From a virus, in the IMG/VR virus record IMGVR_UViG_3300004805_000006, positions 8,453-72,452 of that record: a stretch of DNA of 64,000 nucleotides. One strand, 5' to 3'. The position numbers and the translations under genes were made by a program. Every line of letters starts with the position of its first letter. Within the stretch, counting starts at the first letter, position 1. The notes below the pieces were generated by a model. That model was not told where the DNA came from. It worked only from the letters and a program-made list of their open reading frames with translations, and did no database searches. Positions 1 through 7,632 of the stretch are shown here, in pieces.

Positions 1-1
1 T

Positions 2-229
2 AGAGTTCATGATAAGAGAAAATGTGATGGTGAATTTTGTTCTATTCATAATCCATCAGATCATAAAATGAAAAATTATCCTACAAACTGGAGACAAGAT
101 AGATACTTAATGGAGAGGATATGCCCTTGTGGAGTAGGGCATCCTGATCCAGATGATCTAGCTTATAAAAGAAAATTTGGTTTACCTGATTCAGAAGGTA
201 TTCATGGTTGTTGTGGTTGTTGCTGTTAG
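2..229 (+). CDS. 5'-partial small Cys/His-rich phage protein (..CSIHNPSDH..ERICPCGVGHPDPDD..GCCGCCC)
   Basis: Open frame from window edge to TAG at 227-229, hand-translated; metal-binding-like motifs; not in the ORF track. Confidence 0.7.
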   Translation, partial: RVHDKRKCDGEFCSIHNPSDHKMKNYPTNWRQDRYLMERICPCGVGHPDPDDLAYKRKFGLPDSEGIHGCCGCCC

Positions 230-242
230 AATTAAATTTTTT

Positions 243-325
243 GGGGGGTTATACCGTAGGGGAAGCGGGCGTGGCTGTAGCCCACGCGTCTCACGGCTCG
301 GGTGGTTCGACTCCATCACTCCCCA
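243..325 (+). tRNA. tRNA-Tyr (GTA), CCA not encoded
   Basis: Acceptor GGGGGGT/ACTCCCC, anticodon arm CGTGG-CTGTAGC-CCACG, long variable arm, T arm GGTGG-TTCGACT-CCATC. Confidence 0.9.
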
Positions 326-595
326 CAAGTTTATTACTATTTTTTTAAAAAAATTAGATGGACATAATATACCATACCCTTGTCAAGGCACTCATATCCT
401 ACTAGGTAGCGCAAAGCAAATACCGAACGCATTAGAGTCAGAGCACATACGTAAGTATATATTATTATACCTAATAAAATAGTAATGGGCGTAGAGCGAG
501 TGGGGTTGGGGTGGGCGCGTTTAGCTATCTATATGGTAGCTAAACATAAGTTTTTAAATAAAATAGTTTTATAGTTTTAAAGAAAGGAAGTAATT

Positions 596-1045
596 ATGTA
601 TAATGAAGATAGAAATGCAAAATTAGTACTTAGGAGTGCAGAAAAAGACATTAAAAAATTGTTGAATATCAAAGTTGAAATAAAAACTAATGACGATTAT
701 GGTTATAACGAAAATATAGAAAATAAATATGTAGTAATTGAGGTTGCTACTAAATCAAAAATAGCAGCATTTTCTATGACAGGTCTTCCAGGTTGTTGTG
801 GAGTATGCGTATCACATTATTCTCATGTAGCAAACCGATTTCAAGGAAAAGGACTTGGTACGCTGCTATGTGGTATTAGAAAAGATATAGCCAAAACAAT
901 GAGATATAGTTGTCTATTATGTACTGATGTAGATGATAATTTACCTCAACAACGTATACTAGACAGGCATGGCTGGAAAAAAGTTCATAACTTTAAAAAT
1001 ATTAGAACTGATTCTATGGTAAATATTAATGTTGTGGATCTTTAA
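596..1045 (+). CDS. GNAT-like acetyltransferase
   Basis: Acetyl-CoA motif V..RFQGKGLGT and later 'RILDRHGW'; AAGGA RBS. Confidence 0.6.
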   Translation: MYNEDRNAKLVLRSAEKDIKKLLNIKVEIKTNDDYGYNENIENKYVVIEVATKSKIAAFSMTGLPGCCGVCVSHYSHVANRFQGKGLGTLLCGIRKDIAKTMRYSCLLCTDVDDNLPQQRILDRHGWKKVHNFKNIRTDSMVNINVVDL

Positions 1046-1067
1046 TAAACACTAAATTGGAGTAAAA

Positions 1068-1265
1068 ATGATATTAGACTCGATTAAAATATATAAAACA
1101 ATTATTAAATATTATGAAGATAATGTAACTACTCCATTTAAATCACCACATAAACCAGAATATTATACTATGACAGACTATCGTCCTGGTTATTATTTAG
1201 ATGATAATTTTGTTCTTCCTAATAATACTTATCATGGTGATAAATTGGAAGGATTGGGAAAATGA
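1068..1265 (+). CDS. hypothetical protein
   Basis: ORF with GGAG RBS; stop overlaps the next start. Confidence 0.5.
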   Translation: MILDSIKIYKTIIKYYEDNVTTPFKSPHKPEYYTMTDYRPGYYLDDNFVLPNNTYHGDKLEGLGK

Positions 1266-1435
1266 TTACACTTAGAGAAGATGTAATTTGCCCTATTGCG
1301 TGTGGTTCTTGCTGCATTGATTGCAAAGATCTTACTAAAGATGGTTGTGCAATTAAAGATAGAACAAAACGACCAATAGCTTGTAATGCATACATGTGTG
1401 GAGAAGGTAGTATGAAATTTAATGACATTGAATAA
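1262..1435 (+). CDS. small cysteine-cluster protein (YkgJ/CxxCxxCC-like), MITLREDVICPIACGSCCIDC...
   Basis: Hand-translated 57-aa ORF with CxxxCGxCC..C..C..RP..C..Y.C pattern; ATGA overlap with upstream ORF. Confidence 0.65.
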   Translation: MITLREDVICPIACGSCCIDCKDLTKDGCAIKDRTKRPIACNAYMCGEGSMKFNDIE

Positions 1436-1441
1436 TTTTAA

Positions 1442-1536
1442 TATAACGCAGTGAGGATTATGGTTACTTCAACAATCTATTAAATTGCAAGGGCATAGCC
1501 CTAGAAAAGACAACCATACCCAGTTATCTCGTTATA
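1442..1536 (+). ncRNA. structured RNA motif copy 1 (Y-RNA-like stem)
   Basis: Terminal stem TATAACG/CGTTATA, AGTGA..TTATCT internal loop, stem TATGGTT/AACCATA, GGTTACTTC motif shared with copy 2. Confidence 0.5.
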
Positions 1537-1549
1537 CATCTTTAAAAAA

Positions 1550-1635
1550 TTTATGAGTGTAGTGAGTTATTCGGTTACTTCAATAACTCATACTTATTAA
1601 AAAAAATCACCGATAACAATTATCTCACTCATAAA
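1550..1635 (+). ncRNA. structured RNA motif copy 2 (Y-RNA-like stem)
   Basis: Terminal stem TTTATGAGTG/CACTCATAAA, AGTGA..TTATCT loop, bulged stem GTTATTCGGT/ACCGATAAC, GGTTACTTC motif. Confidence 0.5.
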
Positions 1636-1796
1636 ACAAGAAATAAATTTTACTAAAGAGTAAATATAAAAATGAAAAAGTTTACGGATTTAATAAAAAA
1701 CTCACATAACGGTTAGCTTAATTCGGCTTAAAATATGGATTCGATTTTGTCCGTAGTCGTTAATAAACTTTTTCGAACTTCAAAAGGAGTTTTGCT

Positions 1797-2336
1797 ATGG
1801 AAATACTGCAATTAGCTCATAGATTTGCTGAACAAAAATATGGTGATTACAAAATTAAATTTACTAACAGACCATATTTAAGACACTTAGAAGAAACAGC
1901 ACAACTACTTTGGGAGTATACAGATGGAAATGCACCATATGACGAATATATAGCTGCTATATTCCATGATATTGTAGAAAATACTTCAACTACTTTAGAT
2001 GAAATAGGACAAGATTTTGGTGGAAAAACTATGGGAATAGTAATAGAATTAACAAACAATAACACACAAATGGAGATTGAAGGAAGAGATTTATATTTAG
2101 CTAAAAAAATTAATAATTTAACAGAAGAAGCTTTTACAATAAAACTTTGTAGTAGATTAAGTAATGTAGTTGAATTAGAAAATATTGCTATTCCTAATTA
2201 CTTTGTAAAAACCCAAATCAAAAATACACAGTATATTTTTGAACAACTTAATCGTACTTTAAGTGATTCACAACAAAGTTTAATTAGTAGAATTGAAAGT
2301 ATGCTTATGTTTTTACGGCTGAAAAGAAATCTTTAA
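1797..2336 (+). CDS. RelA/SpoT-type HD domain protein (small alarmone hydrolase/Mesh1-like), degenerate motifs
   Basis: RPYLRHL, AAIFHDIVENT, FG...V.ELT, IKL.SRL.N motifs. Confidence 0.8.
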   Translation: MEILQLAHRFAEQKYGDYKIKFTNRPYLRHLEETAQLLWEYTDGNAPYDEYIAAIFHDIVENTSTTLDEIGQDFGGKTMGIVIELTNNNTQMEIEGRDLYLAKKINNLTEEAFTIKLCSRLSNVVELENIAIPNYFVKTQIKNTQYIFEQLNRTLSDSQQSLISRIESMLMFLRLKRNL

Positions 2337-2337
2337 C

Positions 2338-2763
2338 ATGAGGCTATTAATTATGTCTGAAAATGATCAATATTATGAAAGCATAAATGGTGATGATGTA
2401 GATGTGGGAGAAGAATATTTCTATGACACATATGATAGAATCATAGATACAAACAGAGGTGATCAAGATATGGATACATTTGGAGAATTAGGTCCAGGAA
2501 GTATGGGATTTGCGTTTGCTGTAGCAGAGAGTCTTGCTGAAGATTTACACAATTCAGAATTAAATGATGATGATTGTAATTATCTTAAAGATGAATTTAG
2601 CTGTGAGTTTAACGTAGACGAAAATACAGATAGTGAAAATTGGGAAAAAGTTAGAAAAATTTCCTCATTACAATCACGACATAACGAAAGTAGTAGAATT
2701 AGACCATTCGAACAATACATTAATGACATATGTAGAGGTCGAAGACCGTTATTTGATGTATAG
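2338..2763 (+). CDS. acidic hypothetical protein
   Basis: 141-aa ORF in operon-like spacing. Confidence 0.55.
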   Translation: MRLLIMSENDQYYESINGDDVDVGEEYFYDTYDRIIDTNRGDQDMDTFGELGPGSMGFAFAVAESLAEDLHNSELNDDDCNYLKDEFSCEFNVDENTDSENWEKVRKISSLQSRHNESSRIRPFEQYINDICRGRRPLFDV

Positions 2764-2773
2764 GTAGAATATA

Positions 2774-3532
2774 ATGGCTAATATACAAATTATTGGAAAA
2801 AGAAATTCTAAATCTTGTAATGCAATATCCACTGAAGCTGATATACAACGATATACTGGTAAAAAAGTAGATGCTATTATAAATTATGGTTTAAGTGGAG
2901 AATATCTAGAATTATATTTTAAAAAGTATCCTTTAATTAAAGATATACCAATCATAAATAGATTTGTAGGACAATCTAAATACTCAGCAGTAAAATATGT
3001 AAAACAACATGGGATACTTGTACCAGAAACAAAATTATTTCTTTCAAAAACAGATGAAATTTCAGATTGGATTGAAAAAAAAGTTTACTCAAGTCAGGGT
3101 ATAGGAATTATAGCTGCTACAAAACGAGATAGAATACTAGGTAAATACTACCAAATGATGATAAAAGATAGACTATATGAACTTAGAGTTCACACATTTT
3201 TATGGGTACCTAAAAAAGATTGGGTAGTTCATAAACGTACTGGACCTATAGATCAGATAGCTTGGAACTTTCATCAAGGTGGACATTTCCAATATATGGA
3301 CACAAGTAATAAAGTATCTATTGAAGCTAGAAATATTTCTGAAAAGATTCTTAGTATAATTGGAATGTCTTTTGGAGCAGTAGATTTTATTGTGGATACC
3401 AGTATGAGGATTTATTTTATTGAAGTTAATTCTTCTCCTGGGTTTTCAGAATTTAGTAAAAATATTTATTTTGATGCTATGAGAAAATTAAAATTATTAT
3501 CAGTAGATGAGGTAATTAAATTTTCTCAGTAA
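2774..3532 (+). CDS. ATP-grasp (RimK-like) ligase
   Basis: VPET, SQGIGI, ELRVH, WNFHQGG, FGAVDF, FIEVNSSPG motifs. Confidence 0.8.
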   Translation: MANIQIIGKRNSKSCNAISTEADIQRYTGKKVDAIINYGLSGEYLELYFKKYPLIKDIPIINRFVGQSKYSAVKYVKQHGILVPETKLFLSKTDEISDWIEKKVYSSQGIGIIAATKRDRILGKYYQMMIKDRLYELRVHTFLWVPKKDWVVHKRTGPIDQIAWNFHQGGHFQYMDTSNKVSIEARNISEKILSIIGMSFGAVDFIVDTSMRIYFIEVNSSPGFSEFSKNIYFDAMRKLKLLSVDEVIKFSQ

Positions 3533-4047
3533 ATGGTGATTGTAATAGATTGATGGAGAAAAATTAGTTGTGCCGCTATACACAGAGTTTTAAGTATATA
3601 AATATTATAATTAAAATACGTTATACGCTTGTTGCAACAATTTTTTGTAGAAGTTATATATTACAATCATATCATGGAGACGAGTAGGCACATCACAACG
3701 TGATAACCGAAAATTTCTGTTCGCAACACCCGTTTGTGATGGAGAAATACTCTTTTTGATTTATATTTATTATTATTTAGTCATATCAAAAATTAGATAA
3801 TAGTTTATATAAAACTTATAAGAGTATGATCTGATCAGACATAGGTCGAGTGGGTTGGGGGTGGGGGCAGTATGTTTTATTAGTATTAAATGTCGGATTA
3901 TCGTACCAAAATATTGCGATATATCCGACGCAAGTTTAAATTTTTTTCGACCGATTAAAAAAATTGCTACTATTAACATTAGCAATGTTGATTAACGTAT
4001 TTTAACCTGGTCGTCATCGCCAAATTAGATGATAGAAAATTTAAAGT

Positions 4048-4369
4048 ATAGGTGGGAGGTGGGCTTAGGGGCAGCCAGACGAAAGTCTGCAGAATATTTA
4101 AATTCTGTACCTATAATGAGTTGCCCGCCATCATTGCAAAAGACTGGCGTTTAAGGAGATGGCAGTTATTTAGATTTGTTAGTGAATTTAAATAAACCTA
4201 TTTCCGTATACGTACTGCCTTGGTGAAGAGAGTAGACTTTACCAAGCCCAAACGCGTGTTATGTAACACACGACTTCACACAGTGTTTAACAAGATAGAT
4301 AATGTGTGTTGTGGGAGTGATAATCTTGTGGTAGAAGACAGGCATTTGGCGTAACAGCACACCACCTAT
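4048..4369 (+). ncRNA. large structured RNA containing a split mimic of the 23S rRNA GTPase-associated centre (H43/H44)
   Basis: Closing stem ATAGGTGG/CCACCTAT; GGAGGTGGGCTTAGGGGCAGCCA, CCTATAATGAGT and GCGTAACAGCACAC match consecutive segments of the bacterial 23S 1055-1104 consensus; many internal hairpins; GC-richer intergenic DNA. Confidence 0.7.
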
Positions 4370-4402
4370 TTTTTAATACTAAAATACTATAGGAGAAATA
4401 CT

Positions 4403-4588
4403 ATGATTGAAACTTTGAAATCAGCATTTAGGCGTAAAAAAAGAAAAAAACTAACTGAAAAAGATAAGTCAGATATTGTAATTAAAAAAATAATAAATGG
4501 TCAATCTACGGATCAAAAAGACTTACAAATTTTTGCTAACAATTCAGAGTATATCGAACAGAAATTACGGGAACTTACTACTAAATGA
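4403..4588 (+). CDS. small basic hypothetical protein
   Basis: AGGAG RBS; overlaps nadD start. Confidence 0.6.
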   Translation: MIETLKSAFRRKKRKKLTEKDKSDIVIKKIINGQSTDQKDLQIFANNSEYIEQKLRELTTK

Positions 4589-5217
4589 AAATACAAAAAA
4601 TAAAAACATTACTTTTTGGTGGTGCATTCGATCCTCCTCATAAAAGTCATTTAGATACTGCTATTGTAGCAATGGATTATCATGAATTTAGAAATTCTCC
4701 TGTAGAATTGTGGTTTGTTATGTGTAATTCAAATGAATTTGGTCATGAAGAACTTACATCAATAGAGTATCGTGAATCAATGCTAGAACAGCTTACCAGT
4801 TATATATCTAATTCTTATACATATATAGATAAAAAAAGTAAGGATGGTATATATGCTTCAGTAATAAAGCTTATAAGTAAATACCCTGAAAGAGAATTCT
4901 ACTACGTTATGGGAACAGACCAAGCTCGTAAAATAAGAGGATGGAGACATAGTAGAGATTTTTTAAAAACAATTCCAATTATAGTTGTTGCCAAATCTTA
5001 TATCCCAAAAGCTGGACTCTTTGACTGGTGCTTTAACCCACCACATATATTTATTAATTTTCCAAACGTAACTCACCATGAAAAAGATAATTCATATAGA
5101 TCGTCTAATATTAGAATGGAGTATAGAAAAAATCATAAACAAATTGATGAATTTAAGCCAGCTGGTATCTTATATGGTGTTCATAGGTACATTATGAAGC
5201 ATGGTTTATATAAATAA
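4585..5217 (+). CDS. nadD: nicotinate/nicotinamide mononucleotide adenylyltransferase
   Basis: LFGGAFDPPHKSH, MGTDQ...W and SSNIR motifs; C-terminal YIMKHGLY. Confidence 0.85.
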   Translation: MKIQKIKTLLFGGAFDPPHKSHLDTAIVAMDYHEFRNSPVELWFVMCNSNEFGHEELTSIEYRESMLEQLTSYISNSYTYIDKKSKDGIYASVIKLISKYPEREFYYVMGTDQARKIRGWRHSRDFLKTIPIIVVAKSYIPKAGLFDWCFNPPHIFINFPNVTHHEKDNSYRSSNIRMEYRKNHKQIDEFKPAGILYGVHRYIMKHGLYK

Positions 5218-5251
5218 TAAACTAACCTCTTAGTATTAAGAGACTCTATTA

Positions 5252-5375
5252 TGGGCAGTAACCCATAGCTGGTGCAGTGGTCATAAACACAAAGGGATTA
5301 TGGAGGTTCAAGTCCTTCGACACAAGCAGGTGCAGTGAGATCCCATTGGTATGAGTTCAATTCTCATTCTGTCAT
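5252..5375 (+). ncRNA. tRNA-like RNA or pseudo-tRNA with two T-arms
   Basis: GGAGG-TTCAAGT-CCTTC and ATGAG-TTCAATT-CTCAT T-arms; GGCAG/CTGTC terminal pairing. Confidence 0.35.
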
Positions 5376-5395
5376 TATACATAATGGAGGTAAAT

Positions 5396-5488
5396 ATGAC
5401 ATCTTTCTGGATCGGAGTATATGTTGGTCTTGTTGCTGGATCTTGTATAACTTTAATGATTATTATTATGAGAGGCGGCAGTCGATAA
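5396..5488 (+). CDS. small single-TM protein MTSFWIGVYVGLVAGSCITLMIIIMRGGSR
   Basis: GGAGG RBS, hydrophobic 30-aa ORF (hand-translated). Confidence 0.55.
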   Translation: MTSFWIGVYVGLVAGSCITLMIIIMRGGSR

Positions 5489-5801
5489 ATTATTCAAAAT
5501 GGTATCTAAAAAATGTAGATAGTAAAACCATAGACTTCATATTAGTATGTGTCTATGTTATACTTTTTAATACCTGGTTATGGTTTTGTAGCTATATGTT
5601 AAATCAAACAAATCTATTTATAAAATAGACATAATTAAAATTCAAATACATACAGGACGATATTATGAATGGAAAAACAAGAAAATAAAACAACAAATTA
5701 TTCACCTGATTACTTAGACAATATTGCAAGTGCTTATGTTTTTTATAAGGACTGGGAACTTGCAAAAGATATTGCTAGAATTAGACCTTCGTCTATAAAA
5801 A

Positions 5802-6044
5802 GTGATAAAGAAATTAAAGAGATTAATTATGATTGAAAAAAATGATAAAACTTATACTGGTATTGAAATGATATATCATATAGTATCATCAGAAAAAAAT
5901 AATTCAAATGTTAATATACCGACCCATATTAACTCTTATAAAAATAGAACTGTATCTACAAATCGTAAAGATGTAATTGTTAAATTACGTATGTCTATTA
6001 GAGAAATACCAGAAACATTAGTTACAACATCAACTGTATATTAA
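5802..6044 (+). CDS. hypothetical protein (start uncertain)
   Basis: ORF track; on the coding strand of the block. Confidence 0.4.
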   Translation: MIKKLKRLIMIEKNDKTYTGIEMIYHIVSSEKNNSNVNIPTHINSYKNRTVSTNRKDVIVKLRMSIREIPETLVTTSTVY

Positions 6045-6281
6045 TTGTAGAATAATTATTTTTATTTAGGGGAGAATAAATTTGAATCTACTTAAAATTT
6101 ATGAATATGTCTTTGGTACAAACTTAGTTGAGTATGATAATAAATCAACTGTACCACCACAAACTACATACCCAGTAGGATATTACACTAATTGATTGTC
6201 TATAGAACCTATAGACTATATAGATTTTGTAGAGAAGAAAAGAAAACCACATCATAGAAGAAGAAGAAAAGGCTGGGAGAA

Positions 6282-6701
6282 ATGAAAGATATTTGCATAT
6301 CTCGATTTGAAAAGTTGTTGCTATTAAAAATTATTAAGAAAGTAATAGTAGAAGGATTTGAGAAAGATTTGTCTAAACTTTACGAATTGATTTATAATCA
6401 AGCAGTATCACATCTTTCTGCTTTTCCTAACTACAGTATAGATAAGTACATAATACGTTGTTTCAACAATTGTGATTTAAAAATAATAAAAGGGGGTGAT
6501 AACATGGAAGCTTACCAAGAAAGAGTTATGAAGGAAAAAGAAGATTTGGATATTAAGATACATAAACTTGGTTTATTTCTATACCAAAATAAAGTATCCG
6601 AAGAAGAGACTAATCTTTTGGAAAAACAGTTAACTGCAATGGAAGAGTATTCTGATGTTCTAAGTGATAGAATTTTTCTTTTTGGTGGGGAAATTGAATG
6701 A
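6282..6701 (+). CDS. hypothetical two-part protein with internal start MEAYQERV (coiled-coil phage domain)
   Basis: GGGAG RBS; internal GGGGGTGAT RBS before MEAYQERV; N-half resembles 6698-6928. Confidence 0.6.
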   Translation: MKDICISRFEKLLLLKIIKKVIVEGFEKDLSKLYELIYNQAVSHLSAFPNYSIDKYIIRCFNNCDLKIIKGGDNMEAYQERVMKEKEDLDIKIHKLGLFLYQNKVSEEETNLLEKQLTAMEEYSDVLSDRIFLFGGEIE

Positions 6702-6928
6702 CACTTACTGGTTTTCAAACATGGATTTTAAAAAAGATATTTAAAAAAACTATAATACAAGGATATGCTGAAAAAAATATTACTACTATATATGGGCTTA
6801 TCCATGAAGCTGCAGAAGAGACATTTTATGAAGACAATTCTATGACTCTTGACAACTATCTTCGGCACTGCTTTAGTAAAAGTAGTAAACTTTATTTAGT
6901 CTCAGAAAAGAGATGGGATGAAAGTTGA
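6698..6928 (+). CDS. hypothetical protein
   Basis: ATGA overlap; similar to the N-half of the upstream ORF. Confidence 0.6.
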   Translation: MTLTGFQTWILKKIFKKTIIQGYAEKNITTIYGLIHEAAEETFYEDNSMTLDNYLRHCFSKSSKLYLVSEKRWDES

Positions 6929-7043
6929 TGTGATTGATGTATGTGTTTAAAATAAAAAAAAATTAAAGGAGAAAAATGAAAAAACTAATATTTGTTTTAT
7001 CTTTGTTAGTTGGGAATCCAGTGCATTAATAATTAGTTAGAGA

Positions 7044-7077
7044 TAGTAAGGTTGAGTTAGATAGATCAACCTTACTA
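7044..7077. terminator. 12-bp hairpin at the convergence of the + and - gene blocks
   Basis: TAGTAAGGTTGA/TCAACCTTACTA inverted repeat followed by (TAC)6. Confidence 0.6.
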
Positions 7078-7096
7078 CCCATTACTACTACTACTA

Positions 7097-7285
7097 CTAC
7101 TTACCGTATATTCTATGTCGTTGTGTTGGGTCAAACCATGCTGCTAACTCATAAAGTTGTCTACTATTAATAATTCCTTCTTGCTTCGCTAAACAAAGTA
7201 ACCTGCATATTTCTGTATTACACATATGGTGCGTAATTCTCAAAAGTAATAACTTTAATCTAGTATTCAATATCTGTAATTTCAT
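7097..7285 (-). CDS. hypothetical protein MKLQILNTRL...
   Basis: AGGAG RBS before ATG at 7285. Confidence 0.55.
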   Translation of the reverse strand: MKLQILNTRLKLLLLRITHHMCNTEICRLLCLAKQEGIINSRQLYELAAWFDPTQRHRIYGK

Positions 7286-7470
7286 AAATCTCCTATTAAT
7301 CCTCGCTTGACTTCTTCCTGTTGTTTCTGCTGTATCCAAACACCACTGATTTTTACTACGACTTCGGAGTTCTAATCCACGTTTTTTCCTACGTTTACTA
7401 CAGAACCGGCATGTTGTTTATTATGGTATTGTGGTTCTGTTTTTATGGTTCTGGTTTTGGTTTTTTTAAA

Positions 7471-7620
7471 ATTAAGGCGATTTTTTGTTCTACGGAACTA
7501 GCCTAAATTTTTGACCCTGAAAAATGCCGGTAACCATAATTTTTTTTTATTTTAAGGCGTTTTTTCATTCTAGGGAACCGAACTTTATTTTTTGACCCTG
7601 AAAATTTCCTGTAAAACTTA
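7471..7620. repeat. imperfect ~80-bp direct repeat in non-coding DNA
   Basis: TTAAGGCG..TTCTA(C/G)GGAAC..TTTTTGACCCTGAAAA occurs twice. Confidence 0.7.
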
Positions 7621-7632
7621 ATCAAATATTAT

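Noticed and set aside
177-482. 101-aa ORF from the track
   Set aside because: Overlaps tRNA-Tyr and a better ORF (2-229); TTG start without RBS
4048-4369. True 23S rRNA gene or host contamination
   Set aside because: Only the H43/H44 segments match, they are split by non-rRNA insertions, and the flanks are phage-like genes
5335-5628. 97-aa ORF from the track
   Set aside because: Starts inside the tRNA-like element and overlaps a better SD-led 30-aa ORF; only its 3' part might code
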